Shown here: one piece after another, positions 1-10,600 of the stretch
Layout of the letters: every line of letters starts with the position of its first letter
Position numbering within the stretch: the first letter of the stretch is position 1
Assembly: GCA_039028615.1 (NCBI GenBank)
Contig: JBCCHT010000046.1
Location: forward strand, 1 to 64,000
From: Myxococcota bacterium
GTDB lineage: Bacteria; Myxococcota_A; Polyangia; Nannocystales; Nannocystaceae
DNA: 64,000 nucleotides
Reading direction: 5' to 3'
Notes under the pieces: generated by a model
Told to the model about the DNA's origin: nothing
The model's input: the letters and a program-made list of their open reading frames with translations, nothing else
Databases searched by the model: none
Translations under genes and position numbers: made by a program

Positions 1-12
1 CTAGAAGCCATC

Positions 13-782
13 TCATAATCCCCTGAGCAGGATCAGGATGCAGCCCAGCTGCACGAACCCGAGAAAGTTCGACGCTTTGCGCTCATGTCGGGTCAGTAGG
101 CGGCGGAAGTTCTGCAACCACGCGAAGATGCGCTCCACCAGCCACCTACGTCGGTAGCGGCGTAGAGGGCGACCATCCTGAGTGAGCCTGCGACGCCGAG
201 GGTGGTGTGGAGCGATCATCTCGATGTTCCGCTCATCGAGAAGGGCAGCGTCCAGGCCGTCGGAGTCGTAGGCTCGGTCGCCAATCAAACGCGGAGGTAA
301 CTCGTCCAGGAAAGCCGCATCGAGGGTCTCGTCTACGAGCTTGACTTCATTTCTCTGACCACTCGCAATCCCAACGGCGAGAGGAAAGCCAGAGCGGTCT
401 GCCACTGCCATGATCTTGGTCGCCTTGCCGCGTCGAGTTTTCCCAACGAGAGCCCCCCTTTTTTGGCCCCCGCGTGGGTTCCGTCGATGTACGCCTCGCT
501 AAGGTCGAGCTTTCCTCGGTCGCGTAGGTCTTCGGCCAAAGCGCGGAGTATCTTCTCCATCAGGCCGTGCTCAACCCACTTTTGGAAGCGGCGGTGGCAA
601 GTTTGATACGGAGGGAACTTGCTTGGCATCTCGTTCCACTGGGCCCCGGTTCGCAAGACCCACAGCACGCCGTCGAGCACTTCGCGAGCGTCGCGAAAGG
701 GCCGCCCGGGTCGACCCCCCTCAAGCTCCTCCGGCGGAAAGAGCGGAACCAAGAACTCCCATTGCTTGTCTGCGAGGGGCAC
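13..782 (-). CDS. IS5-family transposase, orfA (333..782) + orfB (13..~460) joined by a -1 programmed frameshift
   Basis: OrfA has IS5 N-terminal motifs (GRPGRP..REVLDGVLWVLRTGAQW..P..FPPYQTCHRRFQKW, IDGT). OrfB has GDRAYDS and RWLVERIFAWL..FRRL..RHE. The slippery site AAAAAAGGGGGG is on the minus strand at 464-453, and the -1 frame reads GALVGKTRRGKATKIMAVAD. The stop codon lies inside the TIR. Confidence 0.93.
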
Positions 783-796
783 TAGGACCGTAGATC

Positions 797-830
797 AAAA
801 AAACCGATCCGCGTCGATCACGGATCGGTT
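797..830 (-). terminator. Intrinsic terminator inside the IS end, upstream of the transposase
   Basis: Perfect 10-bp stem AACCGATCCG (802-811) / CGGATCGGTT (821-830), ending in a T-run on the minus strand (A7 at 797-803). Confidence 0.7.
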
Positions 831-877
831 CTCCTTAAACCTCGCGGGCTTAGCCCACGCGAGTTATGAGATGGCTT

Positions 878-2311
878 CTAGTCGTGAAGCTTCACGTACT
901 CGAAGTCCACCGGCCGACTCTCGATCCCCTTGGTCGGCGGCGAAATCCAGTTCGCGAACTGCCCCGGCTCGTAGCAGGGCTTCATGATCGACTGGAGGTA
1001 CATGTTGTCCTCGGGCACGAGCAGCCACTGGTCCCGCTTCGCCTCGAACTGATCCCGGCTGATGATGTTGCCGTCGAGATCGAAGTGGTGGCCGTTGTAG
1101 ATGCCCTGGTGGCGGTGGAAGCGACGGCTCGGGAGCTTGAGCCGCGTGGGCGAGCCCTCCTCCTCGAGGATCTTGTTCCACTTCTTGAGCGCGCGCTCGC
1201 AGTCGGTGACGTAGGCGTCGCGAAGAATCTCGTTCATCGCGTTGCGCATCGGCACGTCTTGCTCGACGAGGGAGCCCTTCTCCACCGTGGGCAGCCTGTA
1301 GGTGCCGGTCATCACGTTGTGGTCCTCGTAGCGAGCCTCGCGGAAGCGACCCTTGAGGCCCGAGGCGAAGAAGTTCGAGGCGTTGCTCGAGATCTCGCCG
1401 CCGAACAGGTCGAGGCTGTAGCTGTACCAGTAGTTGATGGTGCGCTGGATGAGATCGAAGTCGATGCCGCCCTGCGCCCGGACGTCGCCGTTGGGATCCT
1501 GCCGCTGGAGCTGGGCCGAGCGACGCACGATGCGGCGGATGCCGGTCTCGCCCACGAAGAGGTGATGCGCCTCCTCGGTGAGCATGAAGCGGGTGGTCCG
1601 CGCCAGCGGGTCGAAGCCGCTCTCGGCCAGGGCCGCGAGCTGATACTTGCCGTCCCGGTCGGTGAACATGGTGAAGGCGAAGAAGGACAGCCAGTGATCG
1701 CAGGGCTGGTTGAAGGCACCCAGGATGCGGGGCTTGTCCTCGTCGCCGCTGCGGCGCTGTAGCAGCTCCTCGGCCTCGTCGCGGCCGTCGCGGCCGAAGT
1801 ACTTGTGCAGCAGGTAGACCATCGCCCACAGGTGACGGCCCTCTTCGACGTTGACCTGGAAGAGGTTGCGCAGGTCGTAGAGGCTGGGCGCGGTGTGGCC
1901 CAGCAGGCGCTGCTGCTCGACGCTGGCCGGCTCGGTGTCGGCCTGGGTCACGATGATGCGACGCAGAGCGTTGCGGTGCTCGCCAGGGACGTCGAGCCAG
2001 GCGGGGGCGCCCGTGTCGTCGCCGCAGCGAATGGTCGGCTCGGTCTGGTTGGGCTCGAGGAAGATGCCCCACCGGTACTCGGGCATGTGCACGTAGTCGT
2101 AGTTGGCCCAGCCGCCGCGATCGACGGAGATGGCGGTGCGCAGGAAGACGGGCTTGTCTTCGAAGTCGGTGGGGCCCATGTCGTGCCACCACTCGAGGTA
2201 CTTCGGCAGCCACCTTTCGAGCGCCCTACGCAGCTTCGGGTCGTCGGAGAGGCCGACGTTGTTGGGGATCTTGGAGTCGAGGTCGACGGACGTGGAAGCG
2301 TTGACGGTCAT
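878..2311 (-). CDS. boxB: Benzoyl-CoA 2,3-epoxidase subunit BoxB (di-iron)
   Basis: Motifs KIPNNVGL...WW.DMGP, LRTAISV, YRWGIFL, TQADTEPASVEQQR.LG.TAPSLYDLRNLFQVNVEEGRHLWAMVYLL and MLTEEAHH (EXXH di-iron ligands). Adjacent to boxC. Confidence 0.96.
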   Translation of the reverse strand: MTVNASTSVDLDSKIPNNVGLSDDPKLRRALERWLPKYLEWWHDMGPTDFEDKPVFLRTAISVDRGGWANYDYVHMPEYRWGIFLEPNQTEPTIRCGDDTGAPAWLDVPGEHRNALRRIIVTQADTEPASVEQQRLLGHTAPSLYDLRNLFQVNVEEGRHLWAMVYLLHKYFGRDGRDEAEELLQRRSGDEDKPRILGAFNQPCDHWLSFFAFTMFTDRDGKYQLAALAESGFDPLARTTRFMLTEEAHHLFVGETGIRRIVRRSAQLQRQDPNGDVRAQGGIDFDLIQRTINYWYSYSLDLFGGEISSNASNFFASGLKGRFREARYEDHNVMTGTYRLPTVEKGSLVEQDVPMRNAMNEILRDAYVTDCERALKKWNKILEEEGSPTRLKLPSRRFHRHQGIYNGHHFDLDGNIISRDQFEAKRDQWLLVPEDNMYLQSIMKPCYEPGQFANWISPPTKGIESRPVDFEYVKLHD

Positions 2312-2366
2312 GACGGTGCGTCCTGGGCTCTGAGTGGGGTTCAGGGTCCGGTGGGGTTGGTGGGGG

Positions 2367-4049
2367 TTAGACCCGGCGCCAGTCGAAGCTGGGGCGCTCC
2401 GGGCGGCCGTAGAGGGTCAGTGCCCCTTCGGGGCCGGTCGCGTTGGGTCGGATGAAGATCCAGTTCTGCCAGGCGGACAGACGCGCGTAGATCTTGCTCT
2501 CGGGGGTCTCGGGACCGGCGAAGCGGAGGTTTTGTTCCATCCCGGTCAGGGCGTCGGGCGACAGGCTCACCCGCTCTTCGATGGCGATGCGGACGTCGTC
2601 GTCCCAGTCGATGTCGTCGAGCAGCACGGTGACGAGGCCGGCTTCGTCGGCGTCCTCGGGCTCGAGCAGCTCGCGCTTGCCGACGAGGGCGTCGACCTTC
2701 TCGGGCTCGCCGTAGAGCCGCGTCTGAATTCGCGTGAGCCCGTGATACATGGGCAGCGCACCTTCGTTGAACTCGCTGGTGCCGACGTGGACGGGGTTGT
2801 CCGGGTCGTCGAGCACGTAGAAACGATCGGAGGCTAGCGCCAGTTCTAAAAGGTGCCCGGCAAAGGCCGTTCCCGCGTCGCCGAGGGCAAAGAAGGAGCG
2901 GCTGGTGTTGTCCATGCGACGGAGCACGCGGCCCATGTGCAGCAGGACCTCGCGCATGAACCAGTGATCGCGCGTGGCGATCAGCGCGGCGTCGTGGTCG
3001 AGCACCGTCTGGGCGTCACCGGTGGCGCGCACGAGCACGAGACCGAGCAGCGGGTGGTTGACGCGGAGCTGGAGCAGCGCGTCGTCGAGCTCTCGGTAGG
3101 CCCGCAGGGCCCACAGGTCGGCGCCCGCTTCGTAGGCGGCGTCGGCCCCCTTCTTCAGGATGGCGACGTCGTCGGCGGTGGGAGCGGCGATGGTGAGCGT
3201 GGCGGTGCGAGCCGCGTCGTCGATCTCGACGGTGACGTGGCGGTAGCGACGAGTGCTGCCCTCGACCTCGGGGTCGAGCCGGGGGAGCTTCACGCCCTTG
3301 CGCTCTTCTTTACCGACGCGATCCGAGTACTCGGTGACGAGTTCCTGAGCACGCTCGGCGATCTTCTGATCGAACTTGGAGCGCGGGAACACGCCGTCGA
3401 CCAGGTTCCACTGCTTGGCCTTCTTGCCGCGGATGCCCTCGGCGGTGGTGGAGAAGACGTCGGCGCGGTCGCGACGGATCTTGCGCTTGTCGACGAGGCG
3501 GGTGAGGCCACCGGTTCCGGGCAGCACGCCGAGCAGCGGCACCTCGGGGAGGCTCACCGCCGAGTTGCCGTCGTCTTGCAGATAGATCTCTTCGCAGGCC
3601 AGCGCGAGCTCGTAGCCGCCCCCGGCCGTCGTGCCGTTGCAGGCGGCGACGTAGGCCTGGTGGCTCGACTGCGTGGCCTCCTCGAGCTCACAGCGCGTCT
3701 CGTTGGTGAACTTGCAGAAGTTCACCTTCCACGCGTGGGTCGACTGCCCGAGCATGGTGATGTTGGCGCCCGCGCAGAAGACCCGGTCGATGCCGGAGCG
3801 GATCACCACCACCCGAACCTCGGGGTGCTCGAACCTCATGCGACGGACGAGGTCCGCGAGCTCGATGTCGACCCCGAGGTCGTAGGAGTTGAGCTTGAGT
3901 TCGTAGCCCTCTCGAAGGCCACCTTCAGGATCGACTTCCATCGTCACGCGGGCGATGGAGCCGTCGTAAGCGACCTTCCAATGGCGGTAGTTTTCGGGCT
4001 CGACCTCGAACTCTACCGGGGCTTCCGACGAAGCGGCAGGCTGCTGCAT
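2367..4049 (-). CDS. boxC: 2,3-epoxybenzoyl-CoA dihydrolase BoxC (crotonase superfamily)
   Basis: Motifs YRHWK, GYELKLNSYDLGVDIEL, FEHPEV, HAWKVNFCKFTNETR, SLPEVPLLGVLPGTGG, SPDALTGME.NLRF and RLSAWQNWIF.RPNA. Start is 4049 or 4055. Confidence 0.96.
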   Translation of the reverse strand: MQQPAASSEAPVEFEVEPENYRHWKVAYDGSIARVTMEVDPEGGLREGYELKLNSYDLGVDIELADLVRRMRFEHPEVRVVVIRSGIDRVFCAGANITMLGQSTHAWKVNFCKFTNETRCELEEATQSSHQAYVAACNGTTAGGGYELALACEEIYLQDDGNSAVSLPEVPLLGVLPGTGGLTRLVDKRKIRRDRADVFSTTAEGIRGKKAKQWNLVDGVFPRSKFDQKIAERAQELVTEYSDRVGKEERKGVKLPRLDPEVEGSTRRYRHVTVEIDDAARTATLTIAAPTADDVAILKKGADAAYEAGADLWALRAYRELDDALLQLRVNHPLLGLVLVRATGDAQTVLDHDAALIATRDHWFMREVLLHMGRVLRRMDNTSRSFFALGDAGTAFAGHLLELALASDRFYVLDDPDNPVHVGTSEFNEGALPMYHGLTRIQTRLYGEPEKVDALVGKRELLEPEDADEAGLVTVLLDDIDWDDDVRIAIEERVSLSPDALTGMEQNLRFAGPETPESKIYARLSAWQNWIFIRPNATGPEGALTLYGRPERPSFDWRRV

Positions 4050-4254
4050 ACTCATTAACGCTAGCAGGTCCAAACCTCCGTCAGCCGTGCGCTAAGCGGG
4101 TCTACGAGCCCTTTTCGCCGTGTGTCGTCACACGGGTCCACAACACGTTTCACCACCCCGTGTGCGCCCGCACGATGACACGAAAGACCGAATGAAACGG
4201 TCCCTTGTTCGTCGTGTCGTCGGCCTTCGGACCGGCGACACGGTGCAAGCGGAC

Positions 4255-4524
4255 CTAGAGTTTGTCCCGAAGAGAGCGCAACGAGTTGGTGAGTTCACCG
4301 AACATACCTTCGAGTTGTTCGACGGCGTCGTCGGCGGTCTCGCGGAGCTTGACCTCGGCTTCACCGATGCGCGGCTCGAGTTTCTCCCACGCGTCCTTGG
4401 CTTCACGACCGGCATCGACTGCCGTTTCGCCCACCTTTTGCCCCACCTGTTCGCCGAGCACTTTCAGCTCGTCGAGGGATTGTTCGAGTCGGTTGCGCCA
4501 GGCGGGTTTGTCGGTGTCGCTCAC
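4255..4524 (-). CDS. Small helical/coiled-coil hypothetical protein
   Basis: 89-aa amphipathic, charge-rich ORF (EAKDAWEKLE) with a GTG start and typical codon usage. Confidence 0.65.
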   Translation of the reverse strand: MSDTDKPAWRNRLEQSLDELKVLGEQVGQKVGETAVDAGREAKDAWEKLEPRIGEAEVKLRETADDAVEQLEGMFGELTNSLRSLRDKL

Positions 4525-4609
4525 GCCCGTAGCATGGGTTCGAAATGCAACACGCCAACCCCTGGAGAGGGTCGGCGTGCGTCGCGTTCGAGATTGGGCC
4601 GCAGCGGGC

Positions 4610-5668
4610 TCACATATAGGAGACCGTCACGCACCACTGGGTCAGGGTGCCGAGGTCGGAGCCGGCTCCGTCGACGATCTGGAGCGTCCAGTCGGCGCTG
4701 ACCGTGCCTCCGTCGAACCCCGACAGCGGACTGTTGGGCTGCACGACGAGGTTCGAGTTCGTGTTGACGCAGTCGATCGCGATGCCGGATTCGTCGTCGA
4801 AGGTCTTGTGGAGGTTGTCGACGTTCCCGCACTGGGCGGCGAACACGGTGACGGAGCTGCCGGCTCCGGTGACGCTCATGGTGAGGTCGCCGATCCAGGT
4901 GTGATCGAGATCGACCTCGACGTCGACATCCGTGACCGTCCCGCCGACGTCGCCCGCGGCGAGGGTGATGACGTCGGAGAGCCCGGTGGGATCGTTGTCG
5001 GGAATGGCCGCGCCGGGTGACGAGCAGACGGTGGTGGATCCGGCCACGCCGCAGCTGCTCGTGTCGAAGGTGCAGGTGGCGTCACAGGCCAAGGTGCCCG
5101 TGAACGTGGGGTCGATGTCGGCACAGGTCATTCCGCCGAGGTCCGCCATGTCGCAGTCCTCGCCCGAGCCTGGGTCGGCGACCCCGTCGCCGCACGAGGT
5201 GCAGGCGGTGGCGTCGAAGGTGCAATCGGCGTTGCAGGCCAACGTGCCGCCGTTGAAGTCCATGCCGATGCTGTCGCACGACGCCCCGCCGAGGTCGTCG
5301 CCGTCGCAGTTCTCGCCCGGATCCGCCGTTCCGTCGCCGCACATGGGGCCGGGGTCGGTGGTCTCGGGCTCGTCGGTGGTGGCCATGGGGCCGCCCGTGG
5401 TGGAGTCGTCGACGCCGCTGGTGGGCACCGGGTCGTCGTCGTTGGCGTCGGTGGCCTCGCCCATGTCGTCGCCGGTCTGCGAGCCGTTGCCACCCGTGGT
5501 CGGGTCGATCGGCCCCGACGTGTTCGCGGTCGCTTCCGTGTCGCCAGCCGGCGGGTCGACCGGTCCGAAGGTGAAGCTATTGGACTCCACCCCCTGCGCG
5601 CATCCACCCACCGCCAACAGCGTCAGCGTCAAAAGCTCTAATCGGGACCCCAACTGCATGAAGTCCAT
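4610..5668 (-). CDS. Secreted lipoprotein with Myxococcales Cys-rich repeats and a C-terminal proprotein-convertase P-domain
   Basis: Lipobox LLAVGGC, Thr/Asp/Gly linker, two CGDG..DPG..E.CD repeats, then P-domain motifs IPDND..G, VDVEVDLDHTWIGDL and WTLQIVD...SDLGTL..W. Confidence 0.8.
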   Translation of the reverse strand: MDFMQLGSRLELLTLTLLAVGGCAQGVESNSFTFGPVDPPAGDTEATANTSGPIDPTTGGNGSQTGDDMGEATDANDDDPVPTSGVDDSTTGGPMATTDEPETTDPGPMCGDGTADPGENCDGDDLGGASCDSIGMDFNGGTLACNADCTFDATACTSCGDGVADPGSGEDCDMADLGGMTCADIDPTFTGTLACDATCTFDTSSCGVAGSTTVCSSPGAAIPDNDPTGLSDVITLAAGDVGGTVTDVDVEVDLDHTWIGDLTMSVTGAGSSVTVFAAQCGNVDNLHKTFDDESGIAIDCVNTNSNLVVQPNSPLSGFDGGTVSADWTLQIVDGAGSDLGTLTQWCVTVSYM

Positions 5669-5813
5669 GGTCGCACGATCGCGACATGCGGCGCACGAAT
5701 GTGGCCGCCCGAAGCGATCGGTCTGGGCGTGAGGGCTCGCGCGTAAGTGCACGCGCGACGTGTGGGTTCACGCGTCGCGCAAGGTACGCTTACTTCGTAG
5801 AGCCAAGCGACGG

Positions 5814-6314
5814 CTAGTTGGCGGTTTGAGCCGTGCCGTCTTTTTTCTCGGGCTCCTGGTACCAGGCCAGGGACTCGAGCATCTCGTCGACTTGGTCGAG
5901 CTCGATCTTCACGCCCTTGTCGGAGAACCACAGCTCGTTGTTGGTGAGCGGGCTACGACGCTGGGCGATGAACAGGATGGGCTCGCCCTTGCGGGTGTAT
6001 CCCAGCTGCACGATCGCGTTCTTGATCCACTTGCCCTTGTCACCGAAGGTGAACTCGCGGGTAAGCCGGTAGAACCCCTCGTGGGGGAGCTTCTCCAGGG
6101 TCTCGCCCCAGTTGAGCGAGGTTGCGGGGATCTTGATCCCGGGCATCTGGAAACGCCACTGGTTGTTGTTGTTCGCAACGGGCAACAACACGGACGCCGG
6201 ACCGAAGTCGCCGTCGGTACGGATGAGGACCAGCTGGTCGGGGCCGACCTGCGCCTCGTTCCCGGGGAGATACTTCGTGGTCCTGTAGATGCCAGGCTCG
6301 TACTCGAACGCCAT
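5814..6314 (-). CDS. Hypothetical protein
   Basis: 166-aa ORF with natural composition and strong GC3 bias. A TAAGGT box lies 7 nt before the ATG. Confidence 0.75.
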   Translation of the reverse strand: MAFEYEPGIYRTTKYLPGNEAQVGPDQLVLIRTDGDFGPASVLLPVANNNNQWRFQMPGIKIPATSLNWGETLEKLPHEGFYRLTREFTFGDKGKWIKNAIVQLGYTRKGEPILFIAQRRSPLTNNELWFSDKGVKIELDQVDEMLESLAWYQEPEKKDGTAQTAN

Positions 6315-6433
6315 CGAGCGGACCTTACAAGAGGCCCGCCGAGGGGGAAAGCCCTGGGACCGGGGGGACCTTCACGGGGCGGAATCCATCCCCTGCGTGC
6401 CCTCGGTCACGGCCTGGAGCCGGCTGGAGCTGG

Positions 6434-7609
6434 TTAGGACTGGGTCACGCCCGCCGCGCGGGCGAAGCCGCCGAGCAGCTCGGCCTGCGTGCGGAGGTCG
6501 TCCCGAACCTTGATGGGGAGGAACCGCTCGCCCCGATCGACCTCGAGATAGGCGCTGGGGACCACCTCGGTGACCTGGCCGATGAGACGCTCGAACTGCA
6601 CGACCTGGAGCTTGCCGTCGTCGTCGGTCTTGCTGGGGTCGGGCCAGTCGATCTTCTTGCGGACCGCAAACCACGTCAGCGGGATCTCGCGATCGACCGC
6701 CTCGGCCGACAGCCACAGCGTGTTCGTATTGAAGTGCGGGTAGTCGGCGAGGTCGACGGACTCGGGGAGACGGAAGGCCTCGACGATGGCCGCGGTGCCG
6801 TCCTCGAGCACCGCCACGCACCCGCCCGCATCGCCGGGGTTGCGGCGTACGACCTCGACGCTGACGCCCGCGCCCCCCTCGACTGCCTCGAGGTGGGCCC
6901 CCAACACCACGGGATCGAGGGACGCGCCCAGGTTGTCGACGTTGGAGACGAGGATGTGCTCGACGCCGCGGGCACGCAGGCGCCCGAGCGAGCCGCTGCC
7001 CCGCAGACGACCGAGCGTGTCGCCGTGGCCGGGGGCGGAGTACAAAGAGGTGTCGCCCAGGTCGCTGGACTCGGGCAGATCTTGCAGTGCGGTGCCGTCG
7101 GGGAGCACCCGCGGCATGATCGACTGCGCAAACGAGTCGCGGTCGCCCGGGGCCACGCCCGACCAGTCGATCTCGGCGAGATGGGCATCGCTGGGGCCCT
7201 GGGTGGCGAAGCTGTGCATCAGGACCACGGGGATCCGGGCCCCGAGCTTCTGCGCGGCGGCGCGGACCTGGCCGAGCTTGACGGCGAGGAAGCTGGCCCG
7301 GGGATCGCCCTGCACGACCGACACCACGCCCTTGGCTCCGCCCCCGAAGCGGGTGGCCATGCCCCCGTTGAGCACCAAAATTGCGACCTTGCCGGCCTTC
7401 AGCGCCGCCTCGCCCTTGGCGGCCAGCGCAGAGCGTCGTTCCGGGTCACCCCCGGGCCGAAGATCGACCGGCGGGGTGGCGAGAGGGCTCGGAGCGCGCG
7501 AAAGGCGGTTGGCAGAGGGGTCCAGCGAGCCGCCGCTCACCCGTTGGCGCAGGTCCTCGAACCGCGCGGCATCAAAGGAGAAACTAGCGACCGAGGGGCG
7601 AAGGTCCAC
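6434..7609 (-). CDS. UTP--glucose-1-phosphate uridylyltransferase (UDPGP family, eukaryote-like, not GalU)
   Basis: Motifs LNGGMATRFGGG.K, PGHGD, VSNVDNLGA, FNTNT, QFERLIG and RFLPIK. Confidence 0.88.
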   Translation of the reverse strand: MDLRPSVASFSFDAARFEDLRQRVSGGSLDPSANRLSRAPSPLATPPVDLRPGGDPERRSALAAKGEAALKAGKVAILVLNGGMATRFGGGAKGVVSVVQGDPRASFLAVKLGQVRAAAQKLGARIPVVLMHSFATQGPSDAHLAEIDWSGVAPGDRDSFAQSIMPRVLPDGTALQDLPESSDLGDTSLYSAPGHGDTLGRLRGSGSLGRLRARGVEHILVSNVDNLGASLDPVVLGAHLEAVEGGAGVSVEVVRRNPGDAGGCVAVLEDGTAAIVEAFRLPESVDLADYPHFNTNTLWLSAEAVDREIPLTWFAVRKKIDWPDPSKTDDDGKLQVVQFERLIGQVTEVVPSAYLEVDRGERFLPIKVRDDLRTQAELLGGFARAAGVTQS

Positions 7610-7859
7610 GGTCTAGCCCCATAGCATCGCCGTCCGCACGATGCTAGACCTGCGGCTCGCGGGAATGCCTGTTGCCGTCGTGGACTGGCGAAGGCCCCGC
7701 AACTTGGCCGATCATTGGTCCACCAAAGGACCGAGCTTGCGCGATTCCCACGAGGGGACGCGTCTCGGCCGGGGCACGCGGGACGAGGCCCGCGACCAGG
7801 GCACGCCCCCGTGCTCTTTGCCCTTCTTTTCACCCGACCTCTCCAACCAAGAGAACGCC

Positions 7860-9482
<1,623 letters not shown>

Positions 9483-9500
9483 GGAACGAAGGGGGAGGGC

Positions 9501-9989
9501 ATGGCTGGCGACGACGAGCTGGAGCGACGAAGAGCCGAGCGAATTCCAATCAACATGGAGTTCGCCACCATGCCCTCCGGGACCTATATTTCCGATCTCT
9601 CGGAATATGGGGTCTTCATTCACAGTGACGAGCAGGTGCCGCTGGGCACCAAGCTCAAGCTCCGCTTCACCGTGCTCCTCGACGACCCCGTCATCATCTC
9701 GGCCGAAGGGCGGGTGGTTCGCCACCAGACGGAGCCGCTCGGCATGGGGCTCGAGTTCACCGATCTCGACCCCGAGACCATCTTGCGCATCAACGACGTG
9801 GTCAGCCGCCAGCGGCCCCGCGACTCCGGTCCGCCCATCACCCGGCAGCCCGATCCGGCTCCCAGCAGCTCGGCATCGGGCCTTTCGTTCAAGCCCCCGC
9901 CCATGCACGGCACCCCCGAGGTGGACGAGACGGTCAAGACGGGCCTGTTCAAGACGATCGACGGCCCGATCGTCGACGAGGACTCCTAA
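9501..9989 (+). CDS. PilZ-domain protein (c-di-GMP binding, myxobacterial type)
   Basis: RXXXR (ERRRAERI) and DXSXXG (DLSEYGVFI) motifs, plus GRVVR and GMGLEF. Confidence 0.88.
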   Translation: MAGDDELERRRAERIPINMEFATMPSGTYISDLSEYGVFIHSDEQVPLGTKLKLRFTVLLDDPVIISAEGRVVRHQTEPLGMGLEFTDLDPETILRINDVVSRQRPRDSGPPITRQPDPAPSSSASGLSFKPPPMHGTPEVDETVKTGLFKTIDGPIVDEDS

Positions 9990-10004
9990 CCTGAGAAGTA
10001 GCCC

Positions 10005-10490
10005 ATGAGCATCGGCAAACGGCTCGTCGACCTGGCTCGATCCAATCTCACCGACTTCCGCTCGGCCTTCGATCGCGATCATCTGCGCGATCTGCTGAGC
10101 TCCAAGGCGCCCGAGGAAACCGACGACAGCCCGTCCCAAGAGCCTCCCGACAGCGGTAGCGTGGGGGCGCGGGCCGGCCGTCGCGCGCGGGTGGTCAAGG
10201 ATGCGGCCGAAGAGGCCTGGGAGCGGGCCTACGAGAACGCCAAGAACCGCGCGGGGGTGCGGGGCGACCCGCCCACCGACCCGGCTGCCGATCGCCGCGC
10301 CTGGTACAAGACCCTCGAGCTGCAGCCAGGGGCCGATCTCAAGGCCGTGCGTCGCTCCTATCGGAAGCTGCTTCTGCAGTATCACCCCGACAAGTTCGCG
10401 ACCCAGCCCGACAAGCAGAAGGTGGCCACCGAGGTCACCCGGCGGCTGACCGAGGCCTACAACGGCCTGACCCGCTACCTCGGCGGCTGA
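10005..10490 (+). CDS. J-domain (DnaJ-like) protein, C-terminal J domain
   Basis: Y..LEL..GAD...V..SYRKL...YHPDK...L.EAY, including the HPD motif. Confidence 0.9.
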   Translation: MSIGKRLVDLARSNLTDFRSAFDRDHLRDLLSSKAPEETDDSPSQEPPDSGSVGARAGRRARVVKDAAEEAWERAYENAKNRAGVRGDPPTDPAADRRAWYKTLELQPGADLKAVRRSYRKLLLQYHPDKFATQPDKQKVATEVTRRLTEAYNGLTRYLGG

Positions 10491-10600
10491 ATCCCGCCGC
10501 ACCCCATCCGCCCGGGTCCGATGCCCGCGGCGGAGATCTGCGGGCGTAGGCGCGTGGGGGCTTGCCCTTCGGGCGGGCACGCGGCAGGCTGCCCCCGCCC

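Larger units (their letters stand above)
4..878 (-). mobile_element. Complete IS5-family insertion sequence (~875 bp), TA duplication within a CTAG target
   Basis: Bases 1-18 (ctagaagccatctcataa) are the exact reverse complement of 864-881 (ttatgagatggcttctag). I read this as 15-bp TIRs flanked by a duplicated TA at 2-3 and 879-880. The element encloses a two-ORF DDE transposase. Confidence 0.95.
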
